DNA of 64,000 nt from Podarcis pityusensis (taxonomy: Eukaryota): assembly GCA_964106645.2 (NCBI GenBank), contig OZ067038.1. One strand, 5' to 3'. The translations under genes were made by a program, and so were the position numbers. How positions within the stretch are numbered: the stretch's first letter is position 1; every line of letters begins with the position of its first letter. The notes below the pieces were generated by a model. The model was not told the DNA's origin. It did no database searches and was given only the letters and a program-made list of their open reading frames with translations. Positions 1 through 13,744 of this stretch are shown here, in pieces.

Positions 1-1690
1 TTCCTTACCCCACTTATGTTCGGACAGCAGAAGGAAAGGGAGGGAGATCTGTCCCCCTTTCACACCAGACAGTACAGGTACCTGGGGGAAACTACATTTT
101 CCAGAGACTGTTTGCACCTGTGGTATTAAATAACAGACCTCCGGTGTATTCATTTCAGGTTCAAGGTGTTGGCTAAGTCAGACCTTGCAACCTGACAAGC
201 CAAACAAAACTCACCAATTGCATATGGCAGCCACAGGGAGGTTTTCAAGCACCTCAACACCATAATTACAAGTCTGGTCGGCTGCAGTCAGGCTGCTGTG
301 TCACAGGTGATTCAGGCCTGCTTTGGGCTATTTGTAAAAAGGAATTAATGGTAATTCTGATGAACAGCACAGTGTTCAACAATCCACACTTCAAATGCCT
401 TAATTATGATTATGATAAAGAACTTTGTCATGAATGTGCTCACTTTTTCATCCCAGTGTCTCAGTTTTCAAGGAAAATTGTTAAATGTGTTGCAATCAAT
501 AACAGAAGAGTTCAAATCAATACTTTCATGCAATGGTCACACTTCCTCCACTTATTGGGTGACCATGAAAGAGATGTGTATTGAGTTCCTTCATGTAAGG
601 AAGGATCCTCTACACCAGTCAGGACAATTCTAGAGAACTTCAATAGATGTACACACACGGGGCCCATTCTTATTGCGGCCATACCTGTGGCTAGCGGGGT
701 CTGTGGCCCGCAAAAGAACTGGCAAGCAGAATGTCAAACTACCAAATTAAACCAGGGACCTCGCTTGCATGAGCCAATAATAATACGTATTCTGACTCAG
801 ATCAAACCAATACTTCAGCCTGATGCTGTACTACCTTGTGGTTTTTCCAGTACGGTTTATATTGCTTACTCAAATTATAGCAATCAAGTATGTATCCTGT
901 GTGCATTGTGTCCATAAAAGGCCAGATGTATGGTATTGTGCAAGGCAACTGGGCAACATATCAGTTATGTTCTAACAAACGAAAATATTAAAGGAATTTA
1001 GTGTATTCAAATGCAAGTGTTTGTACAGTGATTTCAATGTTTGAGAGGGCCAGTTCTGATTGTATTGTTTGCCCTTCACAGAAGTTCCAAGAAGGCAAGA
1101 ATCTCTGCTTTCGAGACCTTTTCTTCAAAATCCAAAATAATGTTTCTCTACAGCTTTTTCTCTGAGGAGGAAAAAAGAAACATTACATTGGGCGCAACCT
1201 GATAAAATCCACTGGAAATGTTGAGAAGTGTATCAGACCTGTTTTAAATCAGACTAGGTTAGGATTATGTGGTCTGGTTTGTTTGTTCTCTGCAGACTGA
1301 GGTCTGCTAGCTGTGATCAGATTGTGCTGCCCACATGAGGGTAACAAGAGTTACTGTATCTGATCTGAAGGCTTTGCACAACCTTGTCTGCCTCTTGAAA
1401 GCCAGGTGTGTCGAAACTCTTCCGCAGCTGACCTAGTCCCGGGAAATGGCTCGGTCTCATTCTCCCCAGCATTTCAGAGGTTAATTTCACAGAGGGATCA
1501 GATTACTTTCCAGGGCCGTTTATAGTATTCATCTTCTAGCTTGCTTGCTTCTTTCCCAGCCTCGTGCGGAGCCACTGTGTGTGCTGTTGAGAGAAGCAGC
1601 CTTGTTTTCTCCGGTGTGTCACGGGGCATCCCAAGATCGTAAACTCTTTTTTTTTACCCCTTCCTGCTGGAGTGTTTTGATGGCAGCCAA

Positions 1691-1788
1691 ATGAAGGTGT
1701 CAACCTGTAAAATAAATCTGGCCCCTTTCTCTAGAGTTCTTCATGGGCAGCAAAGTGGAGAAATGCTTTGGCCTAGGGACCTGGCAAG
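1691..1788 (+). CDS. NAV2: Probable alternative first (or hybrid) coding exon of NAV2: MKVSTCKINLAPFSRVLHGQQSGE-MLWPRDLA(S)
   Basis: In-frame ATGs at 1691 and 1763. Donor AAG|GTAGGA at 1788/1789 is phase 2 and matches the exon at 13606 (AG+C = Ser, then WDDSSS). MLWPRDLA resembles the MLWPRNLT start I recall for a short mammalian NAV2 isoform. Confidence 0.7.
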
Positions 1789-4612
1789 GTAGGAATATTC
1801 TTCTTTTTTGCGCTTCGAATAAGGATGGTCTTCATGTGGTGGGTAAAGGGAGAGTAGCAAAGGAGGAATGTTGAGATTTTTATTTGAGTAGGTGACTGGA
1901 TCTTTGCAGCAGTGGCGTAAGAATTCTCCTTGCTGAAATGCCATAAGCTACGGCACCGAACTGAAGTTGGAACAATGAATGAAATCTGACTTTTACTACT
2001 TTGATTTGCAATGTAATAACAGATTTTAGGGGGTGGATGTGTGCAGTTGACAATGACAACCTTGGGGTCCTTAGGAAGAATGGCAGTATATAAATGAAAT
2101 AGATAATCTAAATACACAATTAAAATTGCTCTCTACTGTGGAAGTAGAGAGTCAGAATGTTTTTTTAAAAATGCTTTTTCTTGTGCAACTTACTACACTT
2201 ATATTCACTTATTAGTCAAAACATCTAACAATAAGGATATTTTGAACAGTCAGGTTTTTAAAACATCTCCCTCCCTCCCCCCCCCATATGTATGTGTGTG
2301 TAACAACAGAGTTATTGTTCAATGACTGTAAATTGGGACTAGTTTCAAACCCACATTGCTGTGTGGTCTGCAGCAAGTATTACGTACAAAAAACAGGAAC
2401 AGTAACTATCTCAGAGGGATTGTTGTGATGGCAAACACAACAAAGACTTTGCAAGTCAAAGAATAATGTTCCAGCAATTCCAGACTTCTTTTGCTTGATG
2501 TTCCAAGTGCTTTCCCTTCCCTATCCTGCAGGTGGAGACTTTCTTTGAAGTCTCTCTGCCCATGCTCCTGTTCCCTAAGATAAAAACCTGCGGTCTCCTC
2601 TACAGTTTGCTTTGTCTACCTGGCTGAAATCTGCTCAGATTCTCCAGTTTTCCATAGCAAATACAATCACATTGTGTCCCAGTCCAGTTGCTTGAAACTG
2701 GACTTGTGATGATTTTAGGCTGCTAGGCAGATCAGTCTTGTATCCATACTGGTATCGCCTATATGAGGACAGGCCACCAGGAAAGCCTCACATTGTAAAA
2801 TTAGCAATGTACATTATTCCTGCATGTAAGTCCAGATCAAAATGTGCCCTAGTGGAGACTGGCTATTGTGGCATACCAAATAATATTGCACTACTGTTTA
2901 TGTATTGATACCATAGTAAAGGGTTGGGGCATAGAAAGAGTTATCAGTTGGAAGAGAGGTTTAAGTGTCCATCATTGTTTTATAGAAAGCTTTTGATGCT
3001 GTTTTATGTTTGTTTGTTACATTTCTATTCTCCCTTTCCTCCCAAAGAAGCCAGGGAGGCAGACCACAAAACATTTTGAAAAGCTTTTAAAATAGTTATA
3101 TACTTGGAATCCCCAAGTATGTGCTTTTTTTCTTGCTATTTTGTTGTTTGCTTTTATTTGCTTGTGAACCACCTTGGCATTCTCAAAATGAGAGGCAGTA
3201 TCTAAATTCTTTTATTAAAAATGATGGCAATGATGATAAGACATCTCACAAAATGGGTATCCTGTTGATAAGCGGCTTTCTGCTGGACTCTGCTTGACTT
3301 GTACCCAATCTACAGGTGAAGCACATTACCTTTTGTTTTGCTTGTTGCTGTTTTGAGTGCAAGAGTCGAGTTACCTTTCAGTGGGAGCAGGTCTTGTAAA
3401 TTTGATGCAAGAAAGACACCATCCCAACATATGATAGACCAGTTAAACTGCATTGTTTCATTCATAGTAGACTCTTGGCCACATATGCAAACTTGTGCTA
3501 AACCAGACTCAGATGAATATATAAACTAGTATAAGTTTACAGGTGGTCAGAAAACAACCTACAGGAGCCACATTATACCCAATCCACATTTGTAAGAACT
3601 CAATTGTTTACTGTGGCAACAGCTGCACACTGGAACTCCCAGCCTATTGAGATCAAGCAAGCACCTTCACTGTAATCCTTTTGACACCTGCTAAAATCAT
3701 TTGTGTTTAGACAAGCCTACCCAGATGTTTAGAAAGTTGACGTAATTTTAATCCATTTTTGTATTTAAACTTTTGTACATCTTAAAGTATTATTGTGGTT
3801 TCCCCACCCCCCTTGATTTTCTTATTTTGCCGCTTTGAGGTATTTTACAATCAAGTGGTATAGAAATGTTATTAAATGAATAAATAACCTGGGTGGCCCG
3901 GCCAGTGGTGGACAATGTGAGCAGCCATGCTACAAAAATCTGGACCAGTGTCCCCTACCTGTTCATTCCCTCTCTCATCTTGATGTAACTCTTACCTTGT
4001 TTGATGGACAGTCACTGAGTTTCTGCATACTGCTTCAGGGTATACTCAGATAGGCCTGACTGACCGAGACCAATTTGATCGCAATTCCAGAAACTGTCTG
4101 CAAATATGTATGGGATTTCGATCCCAGCTGCTGCCCACTAGCAGCTTTATAATGACTCCTGGCTCTCACTCTGTCACAGCTGCGACACTTCAGTCTTCCA
4201 TATAAATTATGTGTGTATTTGGTGTTGGTCTCTATGTGGCTGTTAACAAACTGGGTGGTACTGTATAATGCAGGTTCAGTGCATTTTAAAAGAAAACTCT
4301 GCAATAAGTGCAGGAGGCAGTCAGTGGCAAGCATCTGCTGTGTACTGGCTACACATCTAGGAACAGCTGGGTGGGGGAATTGTGCAGCAGTCCCTTTCCC
4401 AAACCAAACATTTGCTTCCAAGCAACCCCAGGAGAATGATTTCAGCTGTGTGTTTGCATTGCTTTGGGTGTGCTTGTTATCATGTAGAGAAATGTGTGAG
4501 ACAGTCACTACTTTGATACAGCCAGCAAAAAGCTCTGAAATCGGGTGGCAGTTGTTAGTTCTAACAACTATCCTCTTTTCCTATCTTGGACTGATGTAGC
4601 CTATTTTACATA

Positions 4613-4870
4613 CCGTATTTTTTGCTCTATAAGACTCACTTTTTCCCTCCTAAAAAGTAAGGGGAAATGTGTGTGCGTCTTATGGAGCGAATGCAGGCTG
4701 TGCAGCTATCCCAGAAGCCAGAACAGCAAGAGGGATCGCTGCTTTCACTGCACAGCGATCCCTCTTCTTGTTCTGGCTCTGAGATTCAGAATATTTCTTT
4801 TCTTGTTTCCCTCCTCCAAAAACTAGGTGCATCTTATGGTCTGGTGCGTCTTATAGAGCGAGAAATACGG
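4613..4870. mobile_element. Non-autonomous Tc1/mariner (Tc2-like) MITE
   Basis: TIRs CCGTATTTTTTGCTCTATAAGAC / GTCTTATAGAGCGAGAAATACGG flanked by TA target duplications; relatives at 29415 and 41252. Confidence 0.85.
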
Positions 4871-6520
4871 TAATCTGAGGAAAGCCTCTGATAAACGTAG
4901 CTGCATATGTCCCTGATCTGTATATGAAACAAAATCATTCCACGCTATATATACATCAAATATTTGCTTTTAGATCATGTTGTGATCATGGAAATCACTG
5001 CTGGCTATGTCCATGCACCTTCCATTTCATCATTTCTACATCCATGTAAAAAAAAAAAAAAAAGTAATGAGTGGTGTGTGTGTGTGTGTGTGATCCAACT
5101 TTTACTATTCTTTGTTTTATGAGTTATTGCAAACTACTGAGAAAAATTTTGAACTGAAGCATGGTGCAGAAATGACTTCAATAATTAATAGGCTTCTCTT
5201 TTGATTTATATTAAACCAGCAGCTTTATTACAGTGAGGGAAGCTCAGGAATTCTTAGGTATTCTGGCATTTTTTCACATTGTAACGTAAGTGCTGATATA
5301 GTTCTGCAGTCTTTCTCTTTTCTTCATAAAATGCTCTTTTTGGTGATTTCTTCCATTCCTAACAACTCCCAACAGACCAGGCTCTTGTGTTTTTATCTCT
5401 GAAATATTTTCTCTCTGGGATGTTGCTTAGGTTATAGGTAGGCTGGAAACTTACAGCTGCCTCCCCCGCTATTGTTAAGAAGTAATTGTGCACTTGAGCC
5501 CAGAGTTATAAATGATGCCTTAAGGCAAATCTGGTACCCTTTCTTTGTGTGGGGGGAAAAACTGACTATAGAAATAAGATATTAAAGGTCTGCTATGAGG
5601 AGAAGCGTCATTGGAGGCTTGGTGGAATGGAAATAGTGCATTGCCTGATAAAACACTTCAATACGCCATATATTTTAAGCAGACAATTGAGGATGTCATC
5701 CTATGTCTCCTAGGAGGCTGTGGGCCCATGTATAAATTAATAAGTTTTGTGTGCTCTTTTACTTAGTTCTTTTATTTTAATGTTGGAGTCATCATTCATG
5801 ACACATCAGAAGCATAGGGCTGGTTCGAGATGGTCTGTTCCATGGATGGAAAGTCCTCTTCCATTTACACAGAGATCCAGGAGAGGAAGCACATTTGAGA
5901 AAGGGAGCAGGAATCAATCTTTGCCAAGTCCCCTTTCAGCCCGTATGCACTGCCTCTCAGCAACCACCCCAGGGTAGGGTGGGAACTGCAAACATTATGG
6001 ATATACATTATTTGTGTGTGTGCGTGTGTGTACACACCACTTAATTCTAAAAATATAAGCATGTTGCATATCATATGAGAAACTAGGCATTTAAAAATAG
6101 CAATAAAACCAGACCTTAAAAACAGTAGACATAATATATCTATCACAATAATTTACAGTACATATATTAACTAAAAAATAAGTGACTAAAAGCCACCACT
6201 GCAGTGATTTTGCATGGCAAAAATGATCATGAGAACTGGACCTCATATAAGGGGGAGGGAGGTGATTTTGTGAAGAGAAAATCTAAAAAGGCCAGGCCAC
6301 TGAAAAGAATGTGCAGTCCCCTGCTGTATATAGTATAAAATGGGAGCAGTCTTGGCAGTAATAAACTGAGCTATTTATGTCCCATACTTCTGTACAACTT
6401 TAAAATTGTTCAGTCTGTAGCAGCAAGACTTTCAGTTGTCTGTGATGCTCAGCACTTTCTGCCCTGAGATTTAGGAATAGACCAGATGTACATAGTCTTG
6501 AACCAGCTGAATGGTAAGCA

Positions 6521-6597
6521 CTTTTAAATCCCAACAGTTTCAGTGAATCCTTGATGTTTTAAATCCCTTTCACGGTTTCAGTGAATCCTTGATGTTC
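6521..6597. repeat. Tandem duplication of about 38 bp
   Basis: TTTTAAATCCC..GTTTCAGTGAATCCTTGATGTT occurs twice back to back. Confidence 0.8.
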
Positions 6598-6713
6598 ATT
6601 CCAGTCAGGAGACTCACACAAATATTTAGAATTAAAACATGAATTTGACACAGCTACCCATGAGAGTAATATGTCTGAATGAAATCTTGGCATAGTACTC
6701 TGATCTCTTTTCT

Positions 6714-7067
6714 GTAAAGGTACCCCTGCCCGTACGGGCCAGTCTTGACAGACTCTAGGGTTGTGCGCTCATCTCACTCTATAGGCCGGGAGCCAGCACT
6801 GTCCGCAGACACTTCCGGGTCACGTGGCCAGCGTGACGAAGCTTCTCTGGCGAGCCAGCGCAGCACACGGAAACGCTGTTTTACCTTCCCGCTAGTAAGC
6901 GGTCCCTATTTATCTACTTGCACCCGGGGGTGCTTTCGAACTGCTAGGTTGGCAGGCGCTGGGACCGAGCAACGGGAGCGCACCCCGCTGTGGGGATTCG
7001 AACCGCCGACCATGCGATCGGCAAGTCCTAGGCGCTGAGGTTTTACCCACAGCGCCATCCGCGTCCC
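6714..7067 (-). mobile_element. Sauria SINE (Squam1-type), full length
   Basis: Reverse complement starts GGGACGCGGATGGCGCTGTGGGTAAAACC, has B-box GGTTCGAATCCC and ends in an ACCTTTAC tail. Confidence 0.92.
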
Positions 7068-8654
7068 TGGTCCCGTAGGTTAGTGTTAATCTTACCTTTG
7101 GGTTTGACACTTTACTACTTCCTGATTTATCTCCTGTCCCTTAAGGCATTTCGGAAAGCTTTGTGTTGAATGATTCCCAGAAAACAAGTTCCACTAGTTA
7201 CAAATTATTCTCCAAGCATAAGTGCAAGCTGAAGAGAAAAAGCTTATCCTATTACACTGAGTTTTCATTTTCAATTTGAGAAATATCCCAATCTCTCTAA
7301 AAATGCACTTCTATTATTCTCTACTGTGATCTTTGGATAGTGGAGTTTATAACTTAAATCAGCTGATAGTAATGTTGGTGGCTAACAGCATAGTGTAGAT
7401 TGAAAAGAGCAGAAGAGAGAGGAGGGGCAGTGTATTTAAGAACCAATAAATGAGCTGTGATAAGGGAGACAGAGAGCCTGTTTCTCCTCAGCATTTTCAG
7501 TTCTTGAGCAATGCCTTCGCCTAAAAAAAAAAATCTTATCATTTTCCATATCTTCTTTTAACATGTATTTTAATTTCTTTGAAGTATTCTGTTATGCTGG
7601 TAGTTGCTTAGTGAATTCTTAATCAAATCTGTACACTGTTGCTCTTGGAATAATAACAGTATTAGATTTTAGTAGCAAAAAAGGTTACACAATTCAGTAC
7701 AGAAGCATCCTTGACCCAGCTGAAACTAACCTTAGGCTGATGCTGCATGTGAAAACGCAGTATCTTTTTCATCACATGCTTAGGAAGACTGAGAAAGCAG
7801 TAGGTATGAGAGTATTTAGACTGAAAACCATATGGATTTTGCAGACTCTGAATGCAACATTCTCTCCTCCCACTCCTCCCAGTGTGTTCCTCTGCATACC
7901 TGATAGTGTGTATAGGAGAGGAACTGGTGCAGACTCACATGTCAGCAAGATGAGAATGGGCAGAGGTGTCTGAATGGGCCTGGGACAACTGAAACATCAG
8001 AGCCACTGTATCCAACCCACCTCTGGCTACTGTCAATCAGGAAAGAAAAGGGGTGCGTGTGCCCATTTTTGTTGCATTAGATCAAGGGTTGTTGCAGATT
8101 AGGAACCGAGGATTGGGTCCCTTGGGGGATCCCACTCCAACCCTGCCCCAAAATGACCCACTTTGGGGCTTCTTGCTATACTCTGCCAGTGGGAAGGCTG
8201 CTTATGGCTAGCTTGGGGAGAGGTTGTGCTTACACTGCAGCAAATCCCCAACCCCCCTGCCAACTGAAAGAAGCCCCCCCCCCACCCTTTTTTGAACACC
8301 CTTGTGGAGTGTTCCCTCAGCCTTCTCTCTTCTCCCCTCTCCTTAGGAGTGCTCTGGCCAGCCACAGCTGCCTCCCCTGGTCTCTGAGCTGCCCCCCTGC
8401 CCCAAAGAGAGGTCCCCCCTCCCACTGCCCCACAGGGGCCTGGGAAGCACCCCCTGGCCAGCACCAGAGACGCCATTCGCCTGGGGAGCTTGTAGCCAGG
8501 GCTGCTGCAACAAACAGTTGTGCAAGCCTTTGGGAGGCAGAGATGCTAGAGGGCATCAGAGGAGGGAGGAAAGGAAAGAGGAACAGAGACCAGTGTTGCC
8601 CATTACACCCCTGACCATCATTGGCGTGTGGATAAGAGAAAAAAATCATGATTA

Positions 8655-8896
8655 CTGTGGTACCTCGGGTTACATACACTTCATGTTACATACGCTTCAG
8701 GTTACAGACTCTGCTAACCCAGAAATAGTACCTTGAGTTAAGAACTTTGCTTCAGGATGAGAACAGAAATCATGCTCTGGCGGCGTGGCGGCAGCAGGAG
8801 GCCCCATTAGCTATAGTGGTGCTTCAGGTTAAGAACAGTTTCAGGTTAAGAATGGACCTCCGGAACGAATTAAGTACTTAACCCGAGGTACCACTG
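8655..8896 (+). mobile_element. Tigger/pogo-like MITE, copy 1
   Basis: TIR C(A/T)GTGGTACCTCGGGTTA...TAACCCGAGGTACCACTG; near-identical to five other copies in the window. Confidence 0.9.
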
Positions 8897-10205
8897 TGCT
8901 GGAGTGGTAAACCATGTACCTGTAACATAGTCAAATTGGGATACAGTTTCCAACAACCTTGAAATAAACCATAATGTTTGTGTAACATGTCAGGGTTTAT
9001 ATCAGGGCTTTTGGCTCCCCTATTAAACCCTGCCATGTTCACAATTTGTCTTCTATTTATGAACGTTTCCATTTGTGTTGGCTTTGATAATCATATTAAC
9101 TACACACACACACACACACCCCAAGCTCTGCCATGAGTGTGTGTTTGTGTATTCATTCTGTGCAACTGTTTTGGAGCTGAAATCATGCCATCATTTATTC
9201 TTCAGACTGATGATTCAACATTTTGATATAAACCCCATGCAGTCATTGTTATCGTTCCTAGAATTCCTCGTGCCGTGATGTCAGCATCTAATGGGTGTCC
9301 CAAAGAAAAACAATGGAAACAGCTATTCTCACTTTGTTTTATAGTACAGTTTAAGATGCTTTGTGGTTTTTCTTTTCTCAGAAGAATTTCTCTTTTAGGC
9401 TGTGATGTCTTGTATCTGTCATTGAACAAATGAAAAGCTAATGTTTTAGGAAGAATCACCAAGTTTCCAGTTGAAATGTTGCATGCCCGTGTAGTGTAAA
9501 ATAGCCTTATTTTGGTACTAATGAGAGAGTTCCATATTAAAATTGGACTATTAATATCTGACTTGGTTGGTGATACACGTGTAAACATGTCACACCTTTC
9601 TCCAGGTCAGTAAACATCCAAAAAGCACCTGTATATTACTCTTATTCCTCTTGCTTGAAATAGAAGAGACATGAAGGATTTCTGTTTGTGGGTGAATAAA
9701 TACACCTTCATGTTCCCAGTAGACAAGCCATGCAAACAAACGAAAGGTAGTAATTATGCATCCTGGTAAAATGATGATGGGCTGTACCATATTAAACTTA
9801 CCTTTTTCAGTTGTGTGTACACATGTGGTTTTGGTATTTGCAGAGCTTTGAATAGTTTGTCTGTTGGAAATCAGGTTTGTTTCTTCCACCAACTGGTATT
9901 TAAAAGGATCCGATTTGTTATATTCCTTTTCTGAAGAGGCTGGATTCCTGTGGTTGGCTGCAGTGAGCATGTAAAATCTAGCAAAGTTTGTAAACAGTCA
10001 ATTTGGCATGGGAGGAATATGATAGTATGAGCAGAATACAGTGGTGCACTTGCCAACACTACACAAGAACCTTTAACTGAGGTCAGATTTTCAGTTGAGC
10101 GTTACTTCTGAGCACGTCACCAAAAATATGCAATTTGCATATGGTACTTTTTTATGGCAAATGCGATGGACTTTAACCATTGCGTATGCGACATTGCCCT
10201 ATGTA

Positions 10206-10436
10206 CAGCGGTACCTCGGGTTACATACGCTTCAGGTTACAGACTCTGCTAACCCAGAAATAGTACCTCGGGTTAAGAACTTTGCTTCAGGATGAGAACA
10301 GAAATCCTGCTCCGGCGGCGCGGCGCGGCAGCAGCAGGAGGCCCCATTAGCTAAAGTGGTGCTTCAGGTTAAGACCAGTTTCAGGTTAAGAACGGACCTC
10401 CAGAACGAATTAAGTACTTAACCCGAGGTACCACTG
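10206..10436 (+). mobile_element. Tigger/pogo-like MITE, copy 2
   Basis: Same TIRs; TA target duplication on both sides. Confidence 0.9.
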
Positions 10437-13400
10437 TATAGCCAATGAAGAGCTAATCTTTGTTGTAAATTGAAACTTGGGAAAAGTAAAAGCTAATGGC
10501 TCAGAGCCTCAGAGAAGCTACCACCTCTACAGATTTAAGTTTTCTGGTTGTAGTGTTTACAGTGTTGAGTTTGACTGGGGAATCCTAGGTTCAAAACCTC
10601 ACTGACTGGATAGCTTTTGGAAATCACAGTTTTTCAGGTATACCTAACTTACAGGATTTCAGTGAAGATAAATGACTCAACCTACTATTGAAAGAAGCAT
10701 GGGCTTGAGACTTGATTAATACACAAATGTAAAGAATCAGTTATGATGTTGGAGACGGAAATAATTTTAAGTGTCTTAGAGGTAAGGCAGGCAGAAGACT
10801 AACTTGGCTAAAGGCTTCTGGTTAACAATGTACTAGCCAGTGATAGTGCTTTTAACCTTTGATTGCTATGCTAATCTGCATGTTTAAACATGTCTTTTAT
10901 CCTTCTGGTAGTGTTCTTTCCATTTTTTGTGGCTGTGTGTTGTGTACTAGGAATCTGGCAGCGAAATGTTTGTTAAGGACCAGTTGAGATTGTTTTTGGG
11001 GGGCTCCCAAAGTTCACAGGAAACTAGTATTTTGGCTGAAACAGAACAGATTCTTGGTTAGTATTTGAGGTCTTAAAGAGTTTTGGTTAAGATTTGGATA
11101 TTTAGACAAATCCCCCCTCCCTTCTGGGATTGAGCCCATGCTATTTGTCAGAATCCTTCATTCTTCACTTGGCACCTGCAATTTTTATTTAATTGTAGGC
11201 TGGAGTAGGGAAGATTTGTGTTCTTAAACAAGTTCAGTCCTATATGAGGACTTACCTCAGTCATCTTATGAGGCTTCATTTCTTCTTTTTCAAATTGTAA
11301 TGTCTTACCTGTCTGATTGAATTTCAGCTTTATTTTCAGTTTTAAAATGGCTTTCCACAACAGGAAGGAAAATGACTATGTCTCTCAGCACTCAAATAAT
11401 TTTCCAGCATTGAAAGTAGATTTCATTTGATTGATCAAGTGACTAAAAGGAAATAAGACAGGGTCTCAAGATATGGCTGAGTGGACTTTTGTTGGCATCA
11501 GAAGTTATTGATTGCCCCAGCTAAATTACAAAGATCTTATCATTGTTCACTGAGCATAGAATGCTGTAATTAGGAGGGCTGTTACATTTCCCTTCCTTTC
11601 CATTTGCGTTTGAATGCAACCACTGAGAAACCGCAGCATGGGCAAAATTTTAAAACAATATGTGTAATGAAGTGGTATAAAATTGGTATAAAACTACATT
11701 CTGGAGTTGGCTTCTACTGAGGAAAAGAGTGCTTGCGTGCATTCTTAGATCTATCAAACATTTTGATATCCATAATTTTCATGAGCTTGCTCTTCTATTG
11801 GTTAGATTATATTCTGTTTGCAGTTCATTAGGAAGACTATGTTAATGAATATTAATGGTGTAATAACACAGAAATATTATGAAGCAACTACTGTGTACTA
11901 TGTTTATACCTTTCTCCAGTTCTGCAGCAGCTAATATGTTAATTGGCTGTTATCTAAGTAAAAAGTAAAGAGCACTGCCAGTTCTTTCACCATGATTAAG
12001 AACGTGAACCATGGAAGTAGAGTCCTTTTCCTCCAGTCTTTTCCCCCCTTGCATGCAGAATTCACTGATGGTTTTAACTATGGTTAGTTGTTAATCTCTC
12101 TCCCTCTCCAAATTGTGTGTCTGTGTCTTTTCAGGAGATAGTGATCCTATTATTTATTGCTGACTGACACAGTTTAGCTCAATGCACGGTTAATAACAAA
12201 AATAAACACGGTTGAGGCTAATCAGGGGCCCAGTTTTTGCATTCACTGTGAACCAGAACTGAAATAACATGTTGGAAGAGTGGCTAAAGCAAACTGGAAG
12301 GTAGGGGGGCATTTTTGTGAGAGCAATGAGGAGTCTGCAAGACAGCAGCTCATGCCCCATTTCCAGAACCAGACCTTAGTCTGGCACAACTTCCATTGAA
12401 ATTGGTGAAACTTAACCCCAGGGGGATGAGTTTAGAGTGTGCCTATCCCAGCTGTCTTTTATGCGATATGTCCCAAAACATATTGCAAACAGCTGGGACA
12501 CTGCCTAATAATTCTCTAGGGCCTTCTCTGAAGACTTTTTAAATATTATATTCCTGTTTACAAATCTCTCCACTAGTAGTTCATATTTAAATCAGTTCAT
12601 GTGTTATCAGTTACAACTTTTGCATATGTGCTTTTATTCTATGTTGCATTCCATGCTCGGAGGATTTAAAAAACACACTATTGTCTCTTGCTTGAAGAGG
12701 CAAGTCTTACATAGTAAGTCTTTGTTTTTGCGCATGGTGTAACTTTAGAAACTGAATCCAGCTGGCAGCTCCTGAATGAATTTCTGCTTCATCTCCGCCT
12801 TCCCCCCCGCCAACCCCAACTGAGTTTAGAAGTGATACTGCATATCTAGCTCTTGAGAGGTTGATGAAAGGGCATATCATCCTGTCAGGTACACTTAATA
12901 AGAGCACCCTGTGGCTTGCACAGAGAGGCCTTCTGTATGAGATCACATTTGTCTTTGAACTGGTAAAGATTTGCTTCATGTGTTACTCTTTCCAGAAGCT
13001 CTTCCTGAGGGCTATATAGGCCGTGGCCTCACACAGAGTCAGGCCATTGGTCCACCTCAGTTGTGCAGTCAGGAGCAAGCCCCTAGCTCTTTGCCCCTTC
13101 TGTAACTTGTAACTAGTAATCGTCTGCCTCATTGGATTCCCAACAGACAAACCACTGTAAGTCACTCTGAAAAATGATAAAATAACTGATAGGTAATAGA
13201 AGTAAGTCTATGCCAGAACATTGTAGAGAAATACGAAGCTCATTAAGTGGTTCATTTCACTTAAGCAAAAATCCAGAATGAAGTTCATTGCCCACCTTCC
13301 TCCAAATTGTCATCTTTTCTCTCACTTTCTGCGTAAAAATCTGATAGCATGATTTTGTGTTGTGTAAAAGTAAGAAAGCTACAACAGCAATAACGTCAGC

Positions 13401-13605
13401 GTTCTTTAAAAAAAAGCACTTAGGGAAGTTGCCTGAATTAACATTTGATTCTGTTTGAAGCTGTTTCTAGAGGCCTAAATCAATAATTGCTGTGAGACCC
13501 TGAGATGTTTTAAAGCTCCCTTGTGTGTCACCTGGCTTCTTGGTGTAGCTGTGGCTATTGTTTGTTTGAGTTATGAAGTTTTTGTGGCTTTTTTCCTCCC
13601 CTCAG

Positions 13606-13744
13606 CTGGGATGACAGCAGTTCTGTCAGCAGTGGGATCAGTGACACCATAGATAACCTCAGCACCGATGACATTAACACAAGCTCCTCCATCAGCTCCT
13701 ATGCCAACACACCTGCATCCTCTCGTAAGAATATAGATTCCCAG
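13606..13744 (+). CDS. NAV2: NAV2 exon (S)WDDSSSVSSGISDTIDNLSTDDINTSSSISSYANTPASSRKNIDSQ
   Basis: Pyrimidine tract plus CAG acceptor; CAG|GTAAGG donor; 139 nt, phase 2-0; neuron-navigator Ser-rich peptide. Confidence 0.96.

Noticed and set aside
4213-4599. 128-aa ORF, including a possible start exon MCETVTTLIQPAKSSEI(G) with a phase-2 GT
   Set aside because: Donor CGG|GTGGCA is poor, there is no recognisable homology, and the long antisense ORF is equally featureless.
6960-7067. tRNA-like A/B boxes (also at 15540, 47280, 50250 and 61320)
   Set aside because: These are SINE heads followed by SINE bodies and tails, not cloverleaf tRNA genes.
8099-8679. Overlapping 120-153 aa Pro/Gly-rich ORFs on both strands
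   Set aside because: Produced by a C-rich low-complexity or repeat-derived patch that is poor in stop codons; no domain or splice support.
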